Made by a program: the position numbers and the translations under genes. The notes below the pieces were generated by a model that saw nothing but the letters and a program-made list of their open reading frames with translations, made no database searches and was not told the DNA's origin. A DNA stretch of 64,000 bases from an uncultured Clostridia bacterium (lineage in GTDB: Bacteria > Bacillota > Clostridia > Christensenellales > UBA1242): positions 73,319 through 137,318 of the forward strand of contig CAKVGH010000002.1 of assembly GCA_934747255.1 (NCBI GenBank). The letters are read 5' to 3'. Below are positions 54,531-62,762 of this stretch, one piece after another (the first letter of the stretch is position 1; each line of letters starts with the position of its first letter).

Positions 54531-55316
54531 ATGGCAAGAAAAATTGTTATAACAAGCGGTAAGGGTGGTGTTGGCAAAACTACTATTTGTGCAAATCTAG
54601 GAATGCGTCTAGCGGAACTAGGTAATCGTGTTGTAATGCTCGATACCGACATTGGACTAAACAACCTAGATGTCGTAATGAATGTGGAAAATAGAGTTGT
54701 TTATGACCTTGCAGATGTAGTAGAAGGCAAGTGCCGAATCAAACAAGCACTTATTCAAGATTTACGCTATCCAACACTATTTATTTTGCCATCTAGTCAT
54801 CTTTATACCGACACAAAAATCACGAGTTACAGCATAAAAGCGGTTGTTGAAATTTTGGCAGAAACTTTTGACTACATATTGCTTGATTGCCCTGCGGGAA
54901 TAGATAGTGGCTTTCATAGAGCGGTGTATAGTGCTGATGAAGTTATTGTTGTTACAACACCGTCACTTTCTAGTATAAGAGATGCCAGTAAAGTTTTAAC
55001 AATTCTTGGCAGTTACAATGTTAGCAGTGTTTCCGTTGTAGTTAATCGTATGCGTGGCGACCTTATTTTGAACGGCAAAATGCTCGATGTAAACCAAATT
55101 ACTTCGCTTCTTAATGCTAACCTTATTGGAGTTGTTCCAGATGACGATAGTATTGCCACACTCTCTTGCACAAATCCCTTCAAAAGTGCAGGAAGTATTG
55201 CTTTCAAAATGCTTGCAGACAATGTCCACAATGGCAAATTCAAATTGTATGATTATACAGCAAAGTACAGGGGACTTTTTGGCGGAATTAAAAGAACATT
55301 AAGACGACATATTTAG
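54531..55316 (+). CDS. minD: septum site-determining ATPase MinD
   Basis: Start moved to the ATG at 54531 after taggag. ITSGKGGVGKTT deviant Walker A, DTDIGLNNLD, DCPAG. Confidence 0.9.
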   Translation: MARKIVITSGKGGVGKTTICANLGMRLAELGNRVVMLDTDIGLNNLDVVMNVENRVVYDLADVVEGKCRIKQALIQDLRYPTLFILPSSHLYTDTKITSYSIKAVVEILAETFDYILLDCPAGIDSGFHRAVYSADEVIVVTTPSLSSIRDASKVLTILGSYNVSSVSVVVNRMRGDLILNGKMLDVNQITSLLNANLIGVVPDDDSIATLSCTNPFKSAGSIAFKMLADNVHNGKFKLYDYTAKYRGLFGGIKRTLRRHI

Positions 55317-55360
55317 TTTTTACAGATTTATAGCATTAAAAAACTATCAAGGAGTATAAT

Positions 55361-55621
55361 ATGGGTATTTTTTATAATCAAAACGCAAAAGAAGATGCCG
55401 ATAGACTAAAAAGAGTTTTAATTGCTGACAAACATTTTAATCCCGAAAGAATTAAACAAGTCATCAAAAGCGATATAACCGCTGTGCTTAAAAACTATGC
55501 CGTGATAGATAGTGAAAATATCTTTATTGATATTGAAATCAACTCCAACGGGTCATACCACTTCAAAATAGATGCGGTAGCGGACAATCTTAAGATTTTT
55601 GGTGCATTACCTGACAACTAA
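55361..55621 (+). CDS. minE: cell division topological specificity factor MinE
   Basis: 86 aa, SD aaggag. AKEDADRLKRVLIADKH resembles MinE SAxxAKERLQxxLxHDR. Follows minD. Confidence 0.7.
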   Translation: MGIFYNQNAKEDADRLKRVLIADKHFNPERIKQVIKSDITAVLKNYAVIDSENIFIDIEINSNGSYHFKIDAVADNLKIFGALPDN

Positions 55622-55683
55622 CTAGTAAACAAAATCTAACATATTTTTACCAGAGCAAGCATACTCTTTATTAAGGTGAAAAT

Positions 55684-55920
55684 ATGAAAGTAGTAGGCTT
55701 TAACCAATTAAAATCAAAAAAGCGTAAGCAAAAAGTTAAAATTTTTTGCATCGGCAATGTATTCAAAAACTTAATGATATTTTTTAGTGTTTCAATATGT
55801 TTAATGCTACTAGGCATAATAAATACTGGCTTTACATCGTCATTAAAAAGTTGCATACAAAATTTTGTATCGTCAATGGGACACATTAAAACATTTATTC
55901 TTAATATATTTGGATTATAA
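55684..55920 (+). CDS. small single-TM membrane protein translationally coupled to the spoIVFB-like gene
   Basis: SD aaggtga 5 nt upstream. Basic N-terminus plus one TM. Its stop lies 1 nt before the next ATG. Occupies the SpoIVFA position but is far shorter. Confidence 0.5.
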   Translation: MKVVGFNQLKSKKRKQKVKIFCIGNVFKNLMIFFSVSICLMLLGIINTGFTSSLKSCIQNFVSSMGHIKTFILNIFGL

Positions 55921-55921
55921 A

Positions 55922-56761
55922 ATGAGCAAATTTTCGTTCAAATTTCATTGGTCCTTTGTTTTGCTTGGACTAGTTATGATTTATTTTGGAGAAGGCTTGC
56001 TCTATTTTTGCTATGCAATAACTGTCGTACTTCACGAAATGGGACACGCCTTTGTCGGCAGGAGTTTGGGGTATAAACTAAACATAATTAGACTAATGCC
56101 GTATGGCGCAAGCCTATCAGGTAACAATGCTCCATTTAAGACAAAAGACGAACTTTTAATCGCTATTGCAGGACCTTTAATCAATGTTATTATAATATTG
56201 ATTATTTCGTCATTATGGTGGTTTTATCCATCAACTTTTTCGTTTACTCAAATGTTTTTTTCTACCAACTTATCAACTCTAATTTTTAATTTGCTACCAA
56301 TTTTTCCACTCGATGGCGGAAGACTTTTGGTGGCTTCATTATCAAGCAAACTGCCACGCAAAAAAGCATTCAAAATTACTAAAATTATCGGTTTTATTTT
56401 TACTGGAATAATTTTTGTTATGTTCTTTTTAAGTTTCTTTTCAACACTTAATTATACATTAGGCATTAACGCAATTCTGCTACTCATTGGACTATTTGAT
56501 GACGACAAAACCTGCTATTATATCAACATTCAAGACATCGAAAAAAAGAGTGAAAAACTAAAAAAAGGCTTACTACTTAAAACCATTGCTATTAGCGAAA
56601 ATTCAAGCATTTATGACGCTTATAGATTGCTCGACAAAAACAATGTCAATCAAATTTTTGTAATGGACGATAGATACAAAGTAAAAAGATGTATAGAAGA
56701 AGCACAACTGGAAAAGTGGATTTTTTCGTTGCCACTTGATACAAAATTAAAAGATTTGTAG
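55922..56761 (+). CDS. spoIVFB: M50 site-2 metalloprotease, SpoIVFB-like, with C-terminal CBS domain
   Basis: Start moved to the ATG at 55922. HEMGH, FNLLPIFPLDGGR (NxxPxxxLDG). Position min - spoIVF - rplU as in B. subtilis. Confidence 0.8.
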   Translation: MSKFSFKFHWSFVLLGLVMIYFGEGLLYFCYAITVVLHEMGHAFVGRSLGYKLNIIRLMPYGASLSGNNAPFKTKDELLIAIAGPLINVIIILIISSLWWFYPSTFSFTQMFFSTNLSTLIFNLLPIFPLDGGRLLVASLSSKLPRKKAFKITKIIGFIFTGIIFVMFFLSFFSTLNYTLGINAILLLIGLFDDDKTCYYINIQDIEKKSEKLKKGLLLKTIAISENSSIYDAYRLLDKNNVNQIFVMDDRYKVKRCIEEAQLEKWIFSLPLDTKLKDL

Positions 56762-56925
56762 TTTTTTCAAAAGGTATTCAACACTCTTTGTTGAATTAAA
56801 AATTCAAAACGCTATTCATTTTGTATGGAATATCATCTATTAAGTGTCGTGAATGGTTAAATATCAAATTAAATCATAATAAAAAATATTGATTAAAACT
56901 GCGAACATTGGCAAAAATTTAGTGT

Positions 56926-57435
56926 ATGAAACAATTACTAAAATACACTCTAAATATAATTATCGAAAATGTACGATTTAGCGAACAAAAACATTCAATT
57001 ATCATTTCGCTTAATGGTGCATTGATAGTTTTTACTGCAGGATTTTTTTCCAGCAAAGTATTTGAAATTGCACTCTTAAATTGGAGTGTTTTGCTTTTTT
57101 CTGGAATAAGTATGCTAATTAGTTTTTCAGCACTTCATTCAAGATTTGACAAGATTAGACGAGATTACAAGACAAAGCGTATTAACAGTTTAATCTATTA
57201 TAGAGATATTTCCAGCCTAGACACACAAGACTATCTTAACCGCATAATTATTCAATATAATTTCCCCAAAGATTATGTTTGTGATGAATACGAAAAAGAT
57301 TTGGCAAGTGAGATTATTGCAAATTCAAGACTTGCCGAAATTAAATATTCGCTTTTTAATAAAAGTATTTTCTTTTTAAGTCTAGCACTAATATTTGGCA
57401 TAATTTTATTTGCGATAGTGGGTTTTGTTGTATGA
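56926..57435 (+). CDS. 3-TM membrane protein of unknown function (candidate membrane effector)
   Basis: 169 aa. NVRFSEQKHSIIISLNGALIVFTAGFF (TM1), LLNWSVLLFSGISMLISFSAL (TM2), an ~75-aa soluble segment, then C-terminal TM IFFLSLALIFGIILFAIVGFVV. No obvious SD. Confidence 0.6.
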   Translation: MKQLLKYTLNIIIENVRFSEQKHSIIISLNGALIVFTAGFFSSKVFEIALLNWSVLLFSGISMLISFSALHSRFDKIRRDYKTKRINSLIYYRDISSLDTQDYLNRIIIQYNFPKDYVCDEYEKDLASEIIANSRLAEIKYSLFNKSIFFLSLALIFGIILFAIVGFVV

Positions 57436-57932
57436 TAAATAAACTTGAAAACATTTACTATTCAGTAAAAAAGCACAGAAGGTTAGCAAACAAAAAAACC
57501 TTGTCAAGGCTTGATAAACTCTATATAAAAAATGAACTAGCCAGTTGGCTTCTTGGAATAGAAGAAGATGACCAGTTACCACTAGAAATATCGTGCATTT
57601 GCTTTTGTTTTGAGTTTTCAAATAAGTCCGTTTGTTTGTCTGTTTCGGGTTTTGAAAATCAACCCAAACTTATCGACAAGGGGAGTTTTTCGCCACTAGA
57701 AGCACAATTTTTTTACTGCGAAAGACTTAGTGCTTTTGTTAATAATAAACATAACTTAAACTCACACGGTTTTTTGCTTGAAAAAACAAAGGAATATATT
57801 TTTTCTATGCTAGCAGGATTTATAAAATCATTTTTTAAGAACAAAGATTTTGACTATCTTGACGGCAAAAAAATACTAATAGGTGAGTTTCTACACGAAA
57901 AGGCAAGGTCTTTTAGATTTAATACAAAATGA
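57432..57932 (+). CDS. hypothetical soluble protein (166 aa), translationally coupled to the upstream membrane protein
   Basis: ATGA start/stop overlap at 57432-57435. No family recognised. Confidence 0.6.
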   Translation: MINKLENIYYSVKKHRRLANKKTLSRLDKLYIKNELASWLLGIEEDDQLPLEISCICFCFEFSNKSVCLSVSGFENQPKLIDKGSFSPLEAQFFYCERLSAFVNNKHNLNSHGFLLEKTKEYIFSMLAGFIKSFFKNKDFDYLDGKKILIGEFLHEKARSFRFNTK

Positions 57933-58163
57933 TGTATATTTATTCTTTATTTTGTATTATTATTCACACATAAAACAACTCACAAAAAAATTATTCAAAT
58001 AAATTAAAACAAAATTTTCTAATGCTCAAAAAAACAACACTAAAAAACAGTAATTTTTAGCAAAAATTACATCAATAGATTTTATAAAAAAACAATAAAA
58101 CTTATCAAAAACAGGTAAAAACTTATTTATATAAATAAAAAATACAAAATAAAAGAATAATCC

Positions 58164-58192
58164 TTGACAAAGGGTTGTTTTTTTGATATATT
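58164..58192 (+). promoter_or_regulatory. sigma-A promoter of the rplU operon, preceded by an A-rich UP-like tract
   Basis: TTGACA (58164-58169), 17 nt, TATATT (58187-58192). Confidence 0.6.
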
Positions 58193-58198
58193 AAATTC

Positions 58199-58270
58199 GT
58201 TCCGCTTGAAATGGGTTACGAAAGAATGATTTATCTCATCACCTTTGTTCAGCGAGTTATACTAAAAGGA
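58199..58270 (+). promoter_or_regulatory. candidate ribosomal protein L21 leader
   Basis: ~70-nt structured 5' UTR (cgcttgaa ... ttcagcg pairing) between the promoter and the rplU SD. L21 leaders are known upstream of rplU in Firmicutes. Motif not verified. Confidence 0.35.
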
Positions 58271-58281
58271 GGTAGTCGAAA

Positions 58282-58587
58282 GTGTACGCAATCGTATCAG
58301 TTGGAGGCAAACAATACAAGGTTAGTGAAGGCGATGTTATTGATGTTGAAAGAATGAATTCAAACATTGGTGACAAAGTTAATCTTGATGTGTTAATGCT
58401 TGTTGACGGTGCTAAAAGCAAGGCTGGAAATCCACTTGTTAAAGGCGCAGAAGTCGTAGCAGAAGTTGTTGCTCACGGCAAAGATGCTAAAATCTTAGTT
58501 TTCAAATACAAAGCAAAGAAGCATACTAAAAAACAACAAGGTCACAGACAACCATTCACATCACTTAAAATTGTTAGCGTTAAGTAA
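58282..58587 (+). CDS. rplU: 50S ribosomal protein L21
   Basis: GTG start after aaggagg. MYAIVSVGGKQYKVSEGDVI is canonical L21. Confidence 0.95.
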   Translation: MYAIVSVGGKQYKVSEGDVIDVERMNSNIGDKVNLDVLMLVDGAKSKAGNPLVKGAEVVAEVVAHGKDAKILVFKYKAKKHTKKQQGHRQPFTSLKIVSVK

Positions 58588-58928
58588 TGACAAATATCAA
58601 AATATTTAGAAATGATGGCAACATCACCTGTGTTTCTTGTATGGGACACAGTGGCTATGCAGAGCGTGGAGAAGATATAGTTTGTGCAGGTGTTTCATCG
58701 CTCGTTCAAACAGCAGTTTTGGGACTACTTATGGTCGCAAAAGTTAATGTTGATTTAACAAGAGATGACGAGGACGGTTACTTGAAAGCAAAATTGCCAA
58801 ATAGTTTAACCGAAGCCGAACAGCACGACTGTCAAGTTATACTAAACACTATGCTTTGTGGTCTATCGGATTTAAGGGAAACCTACTCCGATTTTATCAA
58901 TTTGGAGGTAATAGAAAATGTTTATTAA
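58587..58928 (+). CDS. prp: ribosomal-processing cysteine protease Prp (YsxB)
   Basis: [20 protein letters not shown] matches the Prp His/Cys catalytic region. Lies between rplU and rpmA. Confidence 0.9.
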   Translation: MTNIKIFRNDGNITCVSCMGHSGYAERGEDIVCAGVSSLVQTAVLGLLMVAKVNVDLTRDDEDGYLKAKLPNSLTEAEQHDCQVILNTMLCGLSDLRETYSDFINLEVIENVY

Positions 58929-59202
58929 TTTGCAGTTATTTGCTCACCACAAAGGTGGTAGCACAACTCATAACGGCAGAGATAGTGAATCAAAGCGTCT
59001 TGGTACTAAAAAGTACGGAAACGAAAGAGTAACTGCCGGAAACATTATCGTTAGACAAAGAGGAAGCAAAATCTATGCAGGAAAAAATGTTGGAATGGGT
59101 AGAGATTACACTTTGTATGCTTTAACAGACGGTATTGTTAAGTTTGAATATGTTTCAAAAGATAAAAAGCGTGTTAGCGTTTATCCAGAAGAAACAAAGT
59201 AA
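58918..59202 (+). CDS. rpmA: 50S ribosomal protein L27 (with Prp-cleaved N-terminal extension)
   Basis: [29 protein letters not shown]. The LQLFA extension is followed by the conserved mature N-terminus. Confidence 0.95.
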   Translation: MFINLQLFAHHKGGSTTHNGRDSESKRLGTKKYGNERVTAGNIIVRQRGSKIYAGKNVGMGRDYTLYALTDGIVKFEYVSKDKKRVSVYPEETK

Positions 59203-59212
59203 TTTTATGATT

Positions 59213-59239
59213 AAAAGTTAGTGCAAACTAACTTTTTTT
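59213..59239 (+). terminator. intrinsic terminator after rpmA
   Basis: aagttagt (59215-59222) / actaactt (59227-59234), followed by TTTTT. Confidence 0.8.
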
Positions 59240-59520
59240 ATTTTTATAGTCTTTTGTTTATTTGTATCATTTTGAAATTGCATACTAGATATTTATTTTT
59301 TGTGCCATTTTATGCTTATATGGTTTTTCAATAAAATAAATTGCAGTCATTGGCACTTTATAAAATTGATTTAATTTTTATTACAATGATTTATATTTTT
59401 TAACACTTTGCAAAAAACTTTAAGTTTTTTGATTACATATTTTTATTCTTTTAATTCTTAAAAACAAATTTATAATTTCGGTTGTACTAAAAAGCATAAA
59501 AATTATTACAAAATTTACTA

Positions 59521-59549
59521 TTGACAATAAGTTTTTTATATATTATAAT
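59521..59549 (+). promoter_or_regulatory. consensus sigma-A promoter of the paralog pair
   Basis: TTGACA (59521-59526), 17 nt, TATAAT (59544-59549). Confidence 0.65.
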
Positions 59550-59579
59550 AAATAAGTATTATAAAAAAGGAAAAGAACT

Positions 59580-59996
59580 ATGTTTGTAGACAAGTTGAGC
59601 AGTTCGGATAGAGAAGCATTAGTAGAAGAACTAATGTCATTTTATAAAAAAGCCACACCAGTAAATAAAAAGCACGATTTCAAAGAGTCTTCAATCAAAC
59701 TCCAAAAATTGTTGCGAGAACTTTCTAATGATGATAGCAAGTTGTTAAATAATATTATAAAAACAAGATTAAATATAGATTATCGCATTGAAAATAGTTC
59801 TGGAAAGGTTACCAATTACAATATTTCTATTTACGATTTTGCTGTAAAAGGTCATACAAACCGCAAAAATCTTGATGACCAAGCAACGCAATATTTAAGG
59901 TTTTTCCTTTCTAATAAATTTGGAAAACAATATGTCGCTGCTCTATCAAGATTTGACATAATCACATCAAACTATCAAGAAGAATTATCAAAATAA
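59580..59996 (+). CDS. hypothetical protein, paralog A (138 aa)
   Basis: SD aaagga. Shares MFVDKLxSxxRxxLVE at the N-terminus and ATxYLxxxLxxKFGxxYxxALxxF at the C-terminus with the next gene. Confidence 0.65.
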   Translation: MFVDKLSSSDREALVEELMSFYKKATPVNKKHDFKESSIKLQKLLRELSNDDSKLLNNIIKTRLNIDYRIENSSGKVTNYNISIYDFAVKGHTNRKNLDDQATQYLRFFLSNKFGKQYVAALSRFDIITSNYQEELSK

Positions 59997-60028
59997 GTTA
60001 AAATGGCAAATAGCCAAAAGGAGAAATT

Positions 60029-60454
60029 ATGTTCGTAGATAAATTAACAAGTGTAGAAAGAGCCAATTTAGTAGAAGGAGTTTTAGATGTTTATAGAAAG
60101 TCTAAACTAAAAAAATGTGGTCAAGTTATGGAAACAACCAGCAAGCAAAACTTTGCTGATAAAACGCAAACAGATGTTGTTACAAAAAGAAAACATTTTT
60201 TGGAAAGTGTGTTAAATAGTTATATTTCAGTTACTTTCAATGATTCATCAACTACTTACGACTACAATGTAAAAAATGATTATGAAATTTTAATCACAGA
60301 TTTTAGAGTAGAAGGCAATAACGATATGGTTTGGCGTGATGAAAAGGCAACCGAATATCTTCAAAAATGGTTAAAGAGCAAATTTGGTGACAAGTACACA
60401 AAAGCTCTAACAAAATTTGAAAATATGCTCAAACAAGACGAACTTACTCAATAG
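60029..60454 (+). CDS. hypothetical protein, paralog B (141 aa)
   Basis: SD aaaggag. Paralogous to 59580-59996. Confidence 0.65.
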   Translation: MFVDKLTSVERANLVEGVLDVYRKSKLKKCGQVMETTSKQNFADKTQTDVVTKRKHFLESVLNSYISVTFNDSSTTYDYNVKNDYEILITDFRVEGNNDMVWRDEKATEYLQKWLKSKFGDKYTKALTKFENMLKQDELTQ

Positions 60455-60471
60455 TCATTAAATATTGATAA

Positions 60472-60500
60472 ACACAAGGTAAAATTTCCTTGTGTTTTTT
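60472..60500 (+). terminator. intrinsic terminator after the paralog pair
   Basis: acacaagg (60472-60479) / ccttgtgt (60488-60495), followed by TTTTT. Confidence 0.8.
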
Positions 60501-60533
60501 CATATTTTTTGAACATTGCAAATATAATACAAT

Positions 60534-61283
60534 ATGAAAATTCTATCAAAATTAAAAAACAAATTATCATTTATAAAAAAGATTAAAAAAACAACTGTGG
60601 TATCCATCGTAACTAATGTAATACTTGCTATTTGCGTTTTTAGTGTGTTTAATATGTGTTTTCAAACCGATGCAAAAATTGTAAGTTCCACAGGTTATAG
60701 TGCCATTTATCGTGGAAATACCGAGCAAAAAAATGCAAGTTTAATGATAAATGTCTACTGGGGAACAGAATATATTGAACCTATGCTCGAAGTGTTAAAG
60801 GAAAAAGGCATAAAGACTACATTTTTCGTAGGTGGTTATTGGGTAGCACAAAATGAAGATTTACTCAAAAAAATAGTGAATGAAGGTCACGAAATTGCAA
60901 ATCACGGCTATTATCATAAAGACCAAGGCGAACTAGGGCTTGATAGAAACACCGAAGAAATTTCAATGAATCATCAAGTTGTAAAGGCGTGCACTGGCAT
61001 TGATATGAATTTGTTTGCACCACCAAGTGGCTCATATAATTCCTACACATTAGAATCAGCCGAAAAATTAGGCTACAAAACAATAATGTGGAGTAAAGAC
61101 ACTATTGATTGGAGAGATAAGAATGCCGATTTAATTCTATCAAGAGCCACAAAAAATATGCAAAATGGCGATTTAATTTTAATGCACCCAACAAAATGTA
61201 CATTAGAAGCCTTGCCAAGCATTATTGACGCATACACGCAAGCAGGTTTCACACTAACAACAGTTACAAATACAATAGGTTAA
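60534..61283 (+). CDS. polysaccharide deacetylase (NodB domain; PdaB-like)
   Basis: N-terminal TM. NodB motifs TTFFVGGYW, EIANHGYYH and LILMHP. Confidence 0.8.
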   Translation: MKILSKLKNKLSFIKKIKKTTVVSIVTNVILAICVFSVFNMCFQTDAKIVSSTGYSAIYRGNTEQKNASLMINVYWGTEYIEPMLEVLKEKGIKTTFFVGGYWVAQNEDLLKKIVNEGHEIANHGYYHKDQGELGLDRNTEEISMNHQVVKACTGIDMNLFAPPSGSYNSYTLESAEKLGYKTIMWSKDTIDWRDKNADLILSRATKNMQNGDLILMHPTKCTLEALPSIIDAYTQAGFTLTTVTNTIG

Positions 61284-61341
61284 ATAAAAAAATATTCTTA
61301 AAGTGTTTCGCTTTTTGAATATTTTTTTATATAATAAAGTT

Positions 61342-62745
61342 ATGCAAAAAAACGAAGAATACATTTTAACAATAAATAATTTGGGAGCAAATGGCGAAGG
61401 CGTTGGCATTATAGATAACTTTCCAGTATTTATTCCACTTGCTCTTTGTGGAGAAAAAGTAAAAATTAAAATAGTAAAAGTGCTTAAAAACTTTGCTTAT
61501 GGAAAACTTTTGCAAGTGTTTTCGCCATCAAGCGATAGAGTAGAACCACGCTGTCCAGTTTTCAATAGGTGCGGTGGTTGTCAGTTGCAACATTTAAGAT
61601 ATGATGAGCAATTAAAATTTAAGACAAATTTAGTACAAAACAACTTGCTTAAATTTGGAAATATTGTTGCAAAGGTGGAAAGCACAGAGCCATCTCCAAA
61701 ACAATATGAATATCGCAATAAAATTCAAATTCCAATAACACAAATAGAGTCAAAAATAGGAGATGATACCAGCAAAAACGAGTCAAAAATTGTTACAGGT
61801 TTTTACAGCGAAAACTCGCATTGCATAGTACCTACTTTATCTTGCGTATTGCACGGAAAATGGGCGGAAGAACTACTTTGCATAGTACCTAAATATATAA
61901 AGCAAGTGGGCGAAAGTTGTTACAATGAAAGCACAAAAAAAGGCAACATTAGACACATTGTTGCAAGAGTCGTTGACGATAAGATTATTATTGTTTTAGT
62001 AACCAAAACAAATAGGCTAAAATCTAGTAATTTACTCATAGATATGCTTAAACAAAAATTTGATAAATTTAGTCTTTATCAAAACATAAACCCAAAAGAC
62101 ACGAATGTTATTTTGGGAGAAAAATTTGTTTTACTTTATGGAGAAAAAACATTAAAAACTGTCAACTTTGGAATTAGTTACGAAATAAGTCCGCAGTCCT
62201 TTATGCAAGTAAACACCGACATTCAAAATAAAATTTATCAAAAGGTACTTGATAGTGTTGACGAAAATTCTATATTGATTGACGCATATAGCGGTGCAGG
62301 ACTTTTGACAAGTATTTTGAGCAAAAAAGCCAAAAAAGTTTATGGTATAGAAATTGTGCCACAAGCAACCGAAAACGCAAACAAGTTGATAAAAGAAAAC
62401 GAAATTAAAAATGTTATCAACATAAATGGTGATTGTTCTGTAGAACTGCCAAAATTAGTGGACAAGTTGAGTAACGAAGACAAAGCCAATTTGTGCATTG
62501 TTTTAGACCCACCACGAAAAGGTTGTGACGAAAAAGTACTCAAAAATATAACTGGTGTTTTGCCAAACAAAATCATATATATTTCGTGCAATAGCGCCAC
62601 ATTATCTCGTGATTTGAAGTTTTTGACAGGCGTAAACTACCATATTGACTTAATAAAGCCTTATGATATGTTTCCACAAACAAAAAATGTTGAGACTCTC
62701 GCAATATTAACAAAAAATGACTATAAAAACAAAATCGGTCAATAA
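61342..62745 (+). CDS. 23S rRNA (uracil-C5)-methyltransferase, RumA/RlmD family
   Basis: Start moved to the ATG at 61342. TRAM domain (GANGEGVG), Fe-S Cys cluster CPVFNRCGGCQLQH, SAM motifs DAYSGAGL and LDPPRKG, catalytic SCN. Confidence 0.85.
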   Translation: MQKNEEYILTINNLGANGEGVGIIDNFPVFIPLALCGEKVKIKIVKVLKNFAYGKLLQVFSPSSDRVEPRCPVFNRCGGCQLQHLRYDEQLKFKTNLVQNNLLKFGNIVAKVESTEPSPKQYEYRNKIQIPITQIESKIGDDTSKNESKIVTGFYSENSHCIVPTLSCVLHGKWAEELLCIVPKYIKQVGESCYNESTKKGNIRHIVARVVDDKIIIVLVTKTNRLKSSNLLIDMLKQKFDKFSLYQNINPKDTNVILGEKFVLLYGEKTLKTVNFGISYEISPQSFMQVNTDIQNKIYQKVLDSVDENSILIDAYSGAGLLTSILSKKAKKVYGIEIVPQATENANKLIKENEIKNVININGDCSVELPKLVDKLSNEDKANLCIVLDPPRKGCDEKVLKNITGVLPNKIIYISCNSATLSRDLKFLTGVNYHIDLIKPYDMFPQTKNVETLAILTKNDYKNKIGQ

Positions 62746-62762
62746 TAAAAAAGGAGTAAAAT

